Source: Chrysomallon squamiferum (taxonomy: Eukaryota; Animalia; Mollusca). From it: a DNA stretch of 64,000 nucleotides. The stretch covers positions 2,294,001 to 2,358,000 of the forward strand of contig CM022667.1 of NCBI GenBank assembly GCA_012295275.1, written 5' to 3'. Of the stretch, positions 41,457 to 59,659 are shown one piece after another; within the stretch, counting starts at the first letter, position 1, and each line of letters begins with the position of its first letter. The notes under the pieces are model-generated. The model was not told the origin of the DNA. It searched no databases and saw nothing but the letters and a program-made list of their open reading frames with translations. Made by a program: the position numbers and the translations under genes.

Positions 41457-42657
41457 ACACGTGTGTAACAGAAATTAACTGAAATAAAATAAACGCGAGC
41501 AAAGGTTTTTTAAAACTGCAGTCTGTGCTCCATGCAGCCTAGTTTCAAGACAGGTAAAGCGATAAAGTGGGCCGCGGTTTTCAGGGCGGTGTAAGATCGA
41601 AGTCCACCACGACACACTTCATTTTCTCGTTTTGTCAAGGTAAGAAGGTAAGTTTAACATTATTTTAAACAGTTTTACCAAAAGTTCTGAACATATGAAA
41701 TATCATCGCGCTTAAGAAACAGGAATTATTGTCATGGGAACAGGGAAACGTATTTAAAAGAGAAGATCACGGTGCGAAACGATGATAAAAGCACTGAAGC
41801 AAATATTATTAGCTAAACTGAAAATGAAATGTTTTTTTCTTTCATTATTCGTCATTCGCACCAGTGAATACTGTATACTGTTCACAGATCAAGACGGTTT
41901 ATAAAGACTGTCAACTCATAAACTGCACTTGCATTCGTAGGACCGCAATCTTAAATTAACGGAGTCGTTACACATTCAATAAAAGTTTTTCAACCGGCAT
42001 TATTACCACAACGGTAAACATGCTCTGCTACAAAACGAAGATGTCTCTGCCTCCAGAAGTCCATCGAAAAAAAAATGACGTTCACTGCCTCCAAACTGAA
42101 TGTCGTAAACTTCGCTACTGAGTTCGACAACAGAAAGGAGTTGCGTTATCATCTTATTTTATTTTGTATTTTCATCATGTTGTTGATATTCTTCGACTGC
42201 GTTCGTCGGGATGTAGACAGCTGTTAACATCCTGAATTTTCTTCTCCCGATTACACGATTTCATTACTCTGACGTAACATCGGCCACTAAGCCGATCTCA
42301 GAAACCGAGTGTAAAAATGTTGACTCCAACCAACATGCTCAATGACCGGGACCTTTAGGTATTATGATATTACGAAAAATGTGGTGTATTTCTGGGTGCT
42401 CTTTGTGGATTATTAACAATGAATATATTAATTAGTAGAACGTTTCAAATTATAAAATAATAGCGTTTCCATTACAACAAAAACATTAATAAGAAGAACA
42501 ACAACAACAAAAATAAAAAAATATATATCACATAAATAAAAATCGAGAAATTAGTACAGACTCCATACTCTTTTTCCTAAATGATTATTAATAATAAATT
42601 GATTATTATGATGTTGCCGACGTTACTGTTATTTATAATTTCAGGTTTTCAAACATC

Positions 42658-45600
42658 ATGTCTTCCAAAAGCTACGTCCCAGTAGTGGTAGGAGTGGATG
42701 TCGGCGGAACCAACACTGACGCAGTGGTTCTGTCGCACGGAGAGAAACACATCAAAAGTGATTTCTGCCGTCAAAGAGCTTACGACCAGTGACGTCACAA
42801 CAGGCGTCCAGAAAGCGATACACGCGGCGTTAAAGAACGCCTACGACAACGGACATCAGGTAGCTGTGACACAAGTGAACATCGGGACCACGCACTTCGT
42901 CAACGCTGCTGTCCAGGGGAAGGATTTAGCCAAGATCGCTGTGATTCGGTTGTGTGGCACAGTCTCTCGTGCACTACCGCCATTCAGTGATTTTCCTTCT
43001 CATCTGAAGAACGTCATATGCGGTTCTGTGTATCTTGTGGACGGAGGGTACAGGTTTGATGGCAGAGAGATCGATCCCATCTCCAAAGAGGAGATCACCA
43101 AAGTCGTAAACGAAATAAAATCCGCTGGAATATCTGGGATCGTCATAAGTGGAATATTTTCTCCCGTCAGGAACGAACAGGAAATATTTGTAGCTGATCT
43201 TATTCGCGAAATGTTTCCCGATGACCCTGAATGGGAGCCGAGCGTCACCCTGTCCCACGAGATTGGATCTCTAGGGTTACTGGAAAGAGAGAATGCTGCC
43301 ATACTTAACGAATGTCTAAAACCTTTGTGCAAGAAAACCATCGTTGGATTCCACGAAGCACTAAAGGCAGTTGGTTTAAGCTGTCCACTTTTTCTCACGC
43401 AGAACGACGGTACGCTAATTAACTCCGACAATGTTGTTCACCTTCCCGTCCACACCTTCGCGTCAGGTCCAACAAACAGCATGCGAGGAGCGGCCTATCT
43501 GTCCGACGTCAAAGACGCCATTGTCATTGACATCGGTGGCACGACAACGGACGTCGGAGTCTTAAAGAACAAGTTCCCGCGAGAAGCAGGGACGCATGTT
43601 AAAATTGGAAATGTCAGAACGAATTTTCGCATGCCTGATGTGTTGAGCATTGGTTTGGGAGGCGGGTCGTATGTCACCGAGAGAAGAGATGATGATGGAA
43701 ATGTGAAAGATGTTACTGTGGGTCCACTAAGCGCGGGGTTTAGATTAATGGAAGAGGCAAAAATCTTTGCTTCGTCACCCAATGACTCTGCAAGAAATCT
43801 AACAGCGACAGACATTGCTGTGGCTGGAGGATTACTGGAACTCGGGCGTCCTGAGAATGTAAAGGATATTTCTAAACAAACTGTTGATGCAGTGATGAAG
43901 AAAATCGTCCAGATGATAGAAGAATCCATTGATAAAGTGAAATTCAGTGATCAAAACTTGCCTGTAATACTGGTAGGGGGTGGAAGCATTCTTCTCGACC
44001 CTAAGAGTCCAATCAAAGGCGCTTTGGACGTGATTCGACCAGAACATTTCGGTGTAGCTAACGCTATCGGAGCAGGTTTGTGTCAGGTGTCTGGAACAGT
44101 CGAGTCAGTGATTAGTATGCTGGACTTGGTCGACGTTGAACTGATGAATCAGAAAGTCAAAGAAGCGGTAGATTCTGTCACTGATGATCCAGACGGGAAA
44201 GAGAAAGAAATTGCAGAAGAGAATGCCAAAAAGCCATTCTTTGTGTCTGCCAGGGACAAGGCTCTGAAAGAATTCATAGCAAAGGCGACAGATATAGCCG
44301 TGAAGGCCGGAGCAGATCGAAACACTATTGAAATAATTGACAAGGTCGACATGACACTCTCCTATCTGCCCGGCCAAGCGACTAGAATCAAAGTAAAAGT
44401 TATTGGAAATATGAAAGACTCTGACGGCTCAAAAAACGACATAGATATATGGAAACCAGTCGAGTTAAAACGAGGCTTTGTCGAGAAAACAGTATCCAGT
44501 AACAAACAGGTTTACACTTCTACTGGACAGAAGATTGCTGAAAAGGACATTGAAGGTGATTCTACGAAACATCCAAGCTTACCTCAGATCAGTGACAAAA
44601 CTGGTGAGTGGATTTTATCTGAGTGGGATATCGAATGCATCGTCGTTGGTGCGGGGATTTTTGGTTGCGGTGGAGGGGGTAGTCCTCATCTTGGTCGTTT
44701 ACGAGCCCTGGAAGCTGTCAGGAAAGGGAAAAAGATCAGGATAGTCACTCCAGAAGTTCTGCTTAAAGATGCCCATCCTGAAAATGATTTAGTAGTTGTA
44801 GTTGCTTTTATGGGAGCTCCACTTATAATGTATGAACAACTTGTGTCTTCAGTGGAGACCTCGGGGTCACTGAAATGTATGGAAGATCTGTATAAAATAG
44901 GTCAGTATGAAGAAAACACCATCAGGAATACAGAAGGAGTGGAAATTAAGAGCAGAGCTGGTATGAAATTTATTGATGACTATCAACAGACTTTTCAGGA
45001 AGATAATCGTGGTGCAGCAACAAAGATTGGAGGAAAATCCATCATAGCGTTGATGTCTGCGGAAATAGGAGGAATGAACGCGATAGAACCATTTCTCGTA
45101 GCTGCAGACTTGGATATCCCTGTAGTGGACGCCGACGGGATGGGCCGAGCCTTTCCAGAAATCCAGATGTTTATTCCTTACATGTTCGGAGTCAAGCCAT
45201 ATCCTGCTACCTTGGTTGACGACCGAAATCGCCGCGCAGTTATGCTGGAAACGCCGTCGGCCAAACAACTCGAACACTACTTCAGAGACACCGTGGTTGA
45301 GATGGGCTGTTCTGCTGGACTGACGTTGACGCCGTTGGCGAAGTCTGACGTAACGACGAAATGTGTCCAGTATTCGGTGAGTCACGCGTGGCACCTCGGT
45401 AACGCCATCCTCAGAGCTCGGCTCGAAAAGAAATCGCCAGTCGACGCAATTCTTGACACCGAGACAGCGATACACGTGCTGACTGGTAAGATTTCAGACG
45501 TCAGAAGAGAAACAAGCGGAGGATTCAACGTGGGGAGAGTAATCATAGAAGGACTCGAAGAATTCGTAAACCAGAAAATCCTTATTGAATTCCAGAACGA

Positions 45601-45886
45601 AAACCTCGTCATCATTCCGCTAGACAAGGAAGGGAATCATGGAAAGGTGTTGGCCTGCGTTCCTGACATGATCTGCATAGTTGACGCGGACACGGCAGAA
45701 CCCATAACTACTGAGGAAGTTCGATACGGAACCAGAGTTGCAGTTCTTGTTCTGGCCTGCGCCAAGATTCTACGTTCGCCCACTGCTCTGAAGTTCGTTG
45801 GTCCTCAAGCGTTCAGATTCGGAGACGACGTGAAGTTCCAGCCTTTCGGTGAACCTAAATCAGTCCGTCCCATAGGACCAGTTTAA
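42658..45886 (+). CDS. Hydantoinase A/5-oxoprolinase (ASKHA ATP-binding) domain fused to DUF917 (S-methyl thiohydantoin desulfurase-like), copy 1; ~1075 aa if the 1-bp insertion at ~42740 is an error, otherwise a pseudogene
   Basis: Motifs GVDVGGTNTDA, IGTTHFVNA, SGPTNSMRGA, DIGGTTTDVG, SIGLGGGS, VANAIGA; then DUF917 motifs GAGIFGCGGGG, FMGAP, EIGGMN, DADGMGRAFPE, FQNEN, VPD, TTEEVRYG. ATG at 42658 follows an acceptor TTTCAG ending at 42644. CACGGAG versus CACGAG in copy 2 shifts the frame. Confidence 0.88.
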
Positions 45887-46998
45887 AGAAAGCATTTCAC
45901 AAGAGCAGCTTTTAGAAAACTGTAGGAAGACCCACCAACCCCCACAAAAAAAAAAAAAAAAAAAAAAAAAAATAATAATAATAATAATAATAATAATAAT
46001 TTTTAATATATGTTTATAAAAGAGAGTAATTCAATGTCTATTTAAAGTAAGCAAGTTAACAATGATGATAATGATGATAAATAATAATACAATTTTTTTT
46101 TTTTTTATTGTATTCGGAAATAAATTTTATCACAGATGTATACGATTTGTGCGAGCCGCTGTGTTTGTGTCTGTCCTCAATATAAACGGAAATACGTGTT
46201 TACTATTTTACAGAAAGCATAAAATAATTACAGTGTTTATCACGTTACTATTTTAGTGTCGTAAAATAATTTGTAACGGATCTCTCACTGAAGTTGTGAA
46301 TGAATTATTTCCCCAGTGACGTGATGATGTTTTGATGTTATAGGTCGATTCTTGTTTTTTTTTTTTTTTTTTCTTTCTTTTTTTTTTTTATATTTACATT
46401 TTACACATATTATACTGAATGATAATTGTTCTGTATTTCGGCGAAATGCCCTGAAAACATTTAAGAACACCTTCTCTCGCTCTCTCTCATAGAATATAAA
46501 CATAGAAATAAATTATTTAAAGTTGGTCTTTTTTAGACATCCCCCCAGCATTCGTGTTTGTTTAAATACATACATACTTACATACATACATACATACGCA
46601 CACACACACTCACACATATGCACAGGCACACACAAATACATACACATACACATACACATAATTCCTGAAGGCACTGTAAGAATTTTAAATTAAACTAAAG
46701 AAAGTAACAGCCATTAAGGTGATGAATACAACATCTAAACATTATTATTATTATTATTATTATTATCATCATAATTTTTATTTTTGTTATTTTATTATTA
46801 TTATTATTTTATTTTTTTATTTAAAAAAAAAAATTTCTCATCATTTACAACAAATATCTAGTTTACTCTCTAAAAGTAATAAAATTAATAGCAAGTAATT
46901 TGAAAAATATAATACACAAATCTTTAACACAAGATTCACATGAAAAACCTCACTGGAAAGTTACGACGACCGCCCTTCGCCCTTACGATCTGCTCTTA

Positions 46999-47045
<47 letters not shown>

Positions 47046-48244
47046 TGTGTGAGTGTGTGTGTGTGTGTGTGGAAATACTGCACTGTTACGCGGTCATTGG
47101 TCATGTTAGATGGTGGAGCGAGATCGTGACCTTTTGTTGCCGTTTTCGGAATAGCTGACCAACCATTGACCAGGTATTGTTTATTTCGATTCAGATAATC
47201 ATGTCTCCCCTATCAGACGTTCTGGATACACCCATACATACATGCGTACATATTGCACTAGCAACTATGAAGTTAGACTGACACGCTGGTAAATTATATT
47301 TAGCCTCATACGTGCATGCGCAGTTACAAGAAAGGGCTTACGCACGAAGAAACAGCGGCTAAGGTAAGTAATGAAATAAAATAAACGCGAGCAAAGGTTT
47401 TTTAAAACTGCAGTCTGTGCTCCATGCAGCCTCGATTCAAGACAGAGGTAAAGTGATAAAGTGGGCTGCAGTTTTCAGGGCGGTGTAAGATGACAAAACC
47501 AAGATGACTGTGCCTCCACAAGTCAAACGAAAGAGATACGATGCTCACTGCCTCCAGATTGAATGTCGTAAACTTCGCTCCTGAGTTCGACAACAGAAAG
47601 GAGTTACGTTATCGTCTTATTTTACTTTGTATTTTCATCATGTTGTTGATATTCTTCGACTGCGTTCGTCGGGATGTAGACAGCTGTTAACATCCTGAAT
47701 TTTCTTCTCTCGATTACAGGATTTCTTTACTCTGACGTAACATCGGCCATTAAGCCGATCTCAGAAAATAAATGTAAAAATAATGACTCCAACCAACATG
47801 CTTAATGACCGGGACCTACTTTATTATGATGTTACTAAAAATCCAAAAAAAATATTTTAATTATATAATTGTATAATATGACCAAGAACCAAGGTTCTTA
47901 AAATGTGGATCTATGATTTCAAAGGGTTATTAATCTCAAAGAGAATAAAACAGATCGGTTATAAATAAAAATATGCTGTAATTCTGGGTGCTCTTTGCCG
48001 ATTATTAACAATGAATATATTAATTAGTAGAACATTTCAAATTATATAATAATAGCGTTTCCATCACAGCAGAAACATTAATAAGAAGAACAACAACAAC
48101 AAAAATAAAAAATATATTCCAAATAAATACAAATCGATTCATCAGTACAGACTCCATACTCTTTTTCCTAAATGATTGTTAATTATTATGATTTCAGATG
48201 TTAGTGACATTACTGTTATTTATAATTTCAGGTTTTTAAACATC

Positions 48245-51200
48245 ATGTCTTCCAAAAGCTACGTCCCAGTAGTGGTAGGAGTGGATGTCGGCGGAACCAA
48301 TACTGACGCAGTGATTCTGTCGCACGAGAGAAACACATCAAAAGTGATTTCTGCCGTCAAAGAGCTTACGACCAGTGACGTCACAACAGGCGTCCAGAAA
48401 GCGATACACGCGGCGTTAAAGAACGCCTACGACAACGGACATCAGGTAGCTGTGACACAAGTGAACATCGGGACCACGCACTTCGTCAACGCTGCTGTCC
48501 AGGGGAAGGATTTAGCCAAGATCGCTGTGATTCGGTTGTGTGGCACAGTCTCTCGTGCACTACCGCCATTCAGTGATTTTCCTTCTCATCTGAAGAACGT
48601 CATATGCGGTTCTGTGTATCTTGTGGACGGAGGGTACAGGTTTGATGGCAGAGATATCGATCCAGTTTCCAAAGAGGAGATAACCAAAGTCGTGAAGGAA
48701 ATACAATCTGCAGGAATATCTGGGATCGTCATAAGTGGAATATTTTCTCCTGTCAGGAACGAACAGGAAATATTTGTAGCTGATCTTATTCGCGAAATGT
48801 TTCCCGATGACCCTGAATGGGAGCCGAGCGTCACCCTGTCCCACGAGATTGGATCTCTAGGGTTACTGGAAAGAGAGAATGCTGCCATACTTAATGAATG
48901 TCTAAAACCTTTGTGCAAGAAAACCATCCTTGGATTCCACGAAGCTCTAAAGGCAGTTGGTTTAAGCTGTCCACTTTTTCTCACGCAGAACGACGGTACG
49001 CTAATTAACTCCGACAATGTTGTTCACCTTCCCGTCCACACCTTCGCGTCAGGTCCCACCAACAGCATGCGTGGAGCTGCCTTTCTGTCCGACGTCAACG
49101 ACGCCATTGTCATTGACATCGGTGGCACGACAACGGACGTCGGAGTCTTAAAGAACAAGTTCCCGCGAGAAGCAGGGACGCATGTTAAAATTGGAAATGT
49201 CAGAACGAATTTTCGCATGCCTGATGTGTTGAGCATTGGTTTGGGAGGCGGATCGTATGTCACCGAGAGGAGAGATGATGACGGAAATGTGAACGACGTC
49301 ACAGTTGGTCCACTAAGCGCGGGGTTTAGATTAATGGAAGAGGCAAAAATCTTTGCTTCGTCACCCAATGACTCTGCAAGAAATCTAACAGCGACAGACA
49401 TTGCTGTGGCAGGGGGATTACTGGAACTCGGGCGTCCTGAGAATGTAAAAGATATTTCTAAACAAACTGTTGATGCAGTGATGAAGAAAATCGTCCAGAT
49501 GATAGAAGAATCCATTGATAAAGTGAAATTCAGTGATCAGAATTTGCCTGTAATACTGGTAGGAGGTGGAAGCATCCTGCTCGATCCTAAGAATCCAATC
49601 AAAGGCGCTTTGGACGTTATTCGACCTGAACATTTCGGTGTAGCTAACGCTATCGGAGCTGGTCTGTGTAAGGTGTCTGGAACAGTCGAGTCAGTGATTA
49701 GTATGCTGGATTTGGACGACGTTAAACTGATGAATCAGAAAGTCAAAGAATCTGTAGATTCTGTCTCTGATGATCCGGACGGCAAAGAGAAAGAAATTGC
49801 AGAAGAGAATGCTAAAAAGCCATTCTTTGTGTCTGACAAGGTCGACATGACACTCTCCTATCTGCCCGGCCAAGCGACTAGAATCAAAGTAAAAGTTACT
49901 GGAAATACGAAAGACTTTAACGGCTCAAAAAACGACATAGATGTATGGAAACCAGTCGAGTTGAAACAAGGCTTTGTCGAGAAAACAGTATCCAGTAACA
50001 AACAGGTTTACACTACTACTGGACAGAAGATTGATGGAGAGGACACTGAAGGTGATTCTACGAAACATCCAAGCCTACCTCAGATCAGTGACAAAACTGG
50101 TGAGTGGATTTTATCTGAGTGGGATATCGAATGCATCGTCGTTGGTGCGGGGATTTTCGGTTGCGGTGGAGGGGGTAGTCCTCATCTTGGTCGTTTACGA
50201 GCCCTGGAAGCTGTCAGGAAAGGCAAAAAGATCAGGATAGTGACTCCAGAAGTTCTGCTTAAAGATGCCCATCCTGAAAATGATTTGGTAGTTGTAGTTG
50301 CTTTTATGGGAGCTCCAGTTATAATCTATGAACAACTTGTTTCTTCAGTGGAGACCTCGGGGTCACTGAAATGTATGGAAGATCTGTATAAAATAGGTCA
50401 GTATGAAGAAAACACCATCAGCAATACAGAAGGAGTGGAAATTAAGAGCAGAGCTGGTATGAAATTTATTGATGACTATCAACAGACTTTTCCGGAAGGT
50501 AAACGTGGTGCTGCAACAAAGATTGGAGGAAAATCCATCATAGCGTTGATGTCTGTGGAAATAGGAGGAATGAACGCGATAGAACCATTTCTCGTAGCTG
50601 CAGACTTGGATATTCCTGTAGTGGACGCCGACGGTATGGGCCGAGCCTTTCCAGAACTTCAGATGTTTATTCCTTACATGTTCGGAGTCAAGCCTTATCC
50701 TGCTACCTTGGTTAACGACCGAAATCGCCGCGCAGTTATGCTGGAAACGCCGTCGGCTAAACAACTCGAACACTACTTCAGAGACACCGTGGTTGAGATG
50801 GGCTGTTCTGCAGGACTGACGTTGACGCCGTTGACGAAGTCTGACGTAACGACGAAATGTGTCCAGTATTCGGTTAGTCACGCGTGGCACCTCGGTAACG
50901 CCATCCTCAGAGCTCGGCTCGAAAAGAAATCGCCAGTCGACGCAATTCTTGACACCGAGACAGCGACACACGTGCTGACTGGTAAGATTTCAGACGTCAG
51001 AAGAGAAACAAGCGGAGGATTCAACGTAGGGAGAGTAATCATAGAAGGACTCGAAGAATTCGTAAACCAGAAAATCCTTATTGAATTCCGGAACGAAAAC
51101 CTTGTCATCATTCCGCTAGACAAGGAAGGGAATCATGGAAAGGTGTTGGCTAGCGTTCCTGACATGATCTGCATAGTTGATGCGGACACGGCAGGAGCTA

Positions 51201-51382
51201 TAACTACTGAGGAAGTTCGATACGGAACCAGAGTTGCAGTTCTTGTTTTGGCCTGCGCTAAGATTCTACGTTCGCCAACCGCTCTGAAGTTCGTAGGTCC
51301 TCAAGCATTCAGTTTCGGAGACGACGTGAAGTTCCAGCCTTTCGGTGAACCTAAATCAGTCCGTCCCATAGGACCAGTTTAA
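48245..51382 (+). CDS. Hydantoinase A/oxoprolinase-DUF917 fusion, copy 2 (1045 aa, open frame, 30-aa internal deletion relative to copy 1)
   Basis: Same motifs as copy 1; true start MSSKSYVP at 48245 after an acceptor at ~48231; deletion junction at 49834/49835. Confidence 0.9.
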   Translation: MSSKSYVPVVVGVDVGGTNTDAVILSHERNTSKVISAVKELTTSDVTTGVQKAIHAALKNAYDNGHQVAVTQVNIGTTHFVNAAVQGKDLAKIAVIRLCGTVSRALPPFSDFPSHLKNVICGSVYLVDGGYRFDGRDIDPVSKEEITKVVKEIQSAGISGIVISGIFSPVRNEQEIFVADLIREMFPDDPEWEPSVTLSHEIGSLGLLERENAAILNECLKPLCKKTILGFHEALKAVGLSCPLFLTQNDGTLINSDNVVHLPVHTFASGPTNSMRGAAFLSDVNDAIVIDIGGTTTDVGVLKNKFPREAGTHVKIGNVRTNFRMPDVLSIGLGGGSYVTERRDDDGNVNDVTVGPLSAGFRLMEEAKIFASSPNDSARNLTATDIAVAGGLLELGRPENVKDISKQTVDAVMKKIVQMIEESIDKVKFSDQNLPVILVGGGSILLDPKNPIKGALDVIRPEHFGVANAIGAGLCKVSGTVESVISMLDLDDVKLMNQKVKESVDSVSDDPDGKEKEIAEENAKKPFFVSDKVDMTLSYLPGQATRIKVKVTGNTKDFNGSKNDIDVWKPVELKQGFVEKTVSSNKQVYTTTGQKIDGEDTEGDSTKHPSLPQISDKTGEWILSEWDIECIVVGAGIFGCGGGGSPHLGRLRALEAVRKGKKIRIVTPEVLLKDAHPENDLVVVVAFMGAPVIIYEQLVSSVETSGSLKCMEDLYKIGQYEENTISNTEGVEIKSRAGMKFIDDYQQTFPEGKRGAATKIGGKSIIALMSVEIGGMNAIEPFLVAADLDIPVVDADGMGRAFPELQMFIPYMFGVKPYPATLVNDRNRRAVMLETPSAKQLEHYFRDTVVEMGCSAGLTLTPLTKSDVTTKCVQYSVSHAWHLGNAILRARLEKKSPVDAILDTETATHVLTGKISDVRRETSGGFNVGRVIIEGLEEFVNQKILIEFRNENLVIIPLDKEGNHGKVLASVPDMICIVDADTAGAITTEEVRYGTRVAVLVLACAKILRSPTALKFVGPQAFSFGDDVKFQPFGEPKSVRPIGPV

Positions 51383-52590
51383 AGAAAGCATTTCACAAGA
51401 GCAGCTTTTAGAAAACTGTACGAAGACCGTCCACCCCCCTCCAAAAAATTAAAAAACATTTACACTATATAATATTAGAAATATCTTTCATATGTTTAAA
51501 AAAGAGAGAAATTCAATGTCTATTTAAAATAAGCTAGTTAACAATGATGATGATGAATAATAATACAAATTTATTTTTATTTATTTTATTCGGAAATACA
51601 TTTTATCACAGATGTATACGATTTGTGCAATCCAGCTGTGTTTGTGTTTGTCCTCAAAATAAACGGAAATACGTGTTTACTATTTTACAGAAAGCATAAA
51701 ATGATTACAGTGTTTATCACGTTACTATTTTAGTGTCGTAAAATAATTTGTAACGGATCTCTCACTGAAGTTGTGAATGAACTATTGCCACAAAGACGTG
51801 AAGTTTTGACGTCATAGGTCAATTGTTTTTTTGTTTTTATTTCGTTCTTTTTTATATATATTCACATTTTACAAATATTATATAATGATAATTTCAGCAA
51901 AATGCCCTGAAACAGTTTAAGGAAACCTTCATACAAGAAAATATATTATTTTAGTAATAACAAACCTGTATCATAGATATAACAATTTATTAACACACGA
52001 AAGTCATGTATTCAAAAATCTGTTCTTAATTTACAATAATTATATTCACATTTCTGGATTTAGATGTGAAAATTATATATAAAACAAAAAAGAAAGAAAG
52101 AAAGAAGCAAGGTACAAGAAAAAGAATTCCAAGGAAATCTTAGAGGAATGTAATTTAAATAACAGTCAAGACATCATAAACGTTTCCCCATTTTGTTTTC
52201 TTTTTCTTTTCTTTCTTTCTTTTTTTTTTTTAGCGATAAAAATATCAACAACACAACAAGGAAAATAAATAAATAAAATAAAATGAGGACTACTCACAAC
52301 AACATAGATGTATTTACATCGTATATCTAAAGTTTAAATAATACTTCACTGATGAAATAAGAAATAATATAAAATAAAATAAATAAACAAATAAAATAAA
52401 ATAATTAATTAAATAAATAAATAAATAAACAAACAAATAAAAGTAAAAACTACTCCAAAACCAACAACAATTATTAACAATGATAAAAAAAAAAAAAATT
52501 AAAAAACATTTAAAAAATAAATAATTTGAAAATAATTAATAAAAATAATCATAATAATAATAAATCCAAAAAGAAACAGATAAAAACTTT

Positions 52591-58841
<6,251 letters not shown>

Positions 58842-59659
58842 GGCGAACAAAACTGTTTTTTTTTTTTTATATATTTTCAAATACCAACCACCGAGCTTTG
58901 ATAACTTTCAGAACTCAATGCTTAATTTCACTGTTACCGTTTATGCTCAAAAATCTTTGCATTTCCTTAACTTTTATATGTTTTCCACCGGCTCTACGAT
59001 GCGTAATTTTAACAGTCATTCATAAACGAAAATTCGATAGCTCTCACCGGGTTGGTCGATTTCGTCACTGTGGGGGTTGAAGTGCGCATGCGCTTATTCA
59101 GCCGTTTTTTCGCCGGGGCAGACGACACAGATCGCGACATTATTAATCAAGAACAGTATCAGATTTGCCGCCGTCTGACAAAAGATTTTTGTGAGTCATT
59201 TTTACCTGAATTGGTTCTCACAGACGATGTAACCCTTGACTGACGGCTGATGTCGACATTTCGTAATAGTAGGTGTGTCGAACAAGTTAACGCACGATGC
59301 AGTTTCGTTCTGTTTACTACTTTATAAGGACAAAATTAAGTAAACATTAAGCGCTAAAAAAAGACTGTTTGTTTATTTAAATGAAAGTGAAATATATTTT
59401 CCCCTAAATCGTCATCGTGAGTAAATAAATAAATAAATAATACACATGAAATAAAGAAATAAAGTTAAAATTCAATTAAAAATAAAATAGAAATAGAATT
59501 TATAGTTTTTAATCTTGTACTGGAAATACAATTTCCTAGTGTATATATATATATATATATATATATGGATGGATGGATATAAAACTGCAGACGATAACCA
59601 TTTAAATATTAAATGATAACCTAGAAACACTTTATAAGTGAATACATATACATACATAT

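Noticed and set aside
42698-42740. ORF-track start MSAEPTLTQWFCRT for copy 1
   Set aside because: Out-of-frame artefact of the extra G; the true N-terminus with GVDVGGTNTD starts at 42658, as in copy 2
44249-44338. 90-bp segment as an intron lost in copy 2
   Set aside because: No AG at the 3' end in any register, and it encodes family-like sequence in frame
42974-51123. Antisense and alternate-frame ORFs (60-202 aa) over both hydantoinase copies
   Set aside because: Shadow ORFs of a GC-richer CDS; they recur only because of the recent duplication and show no motifs
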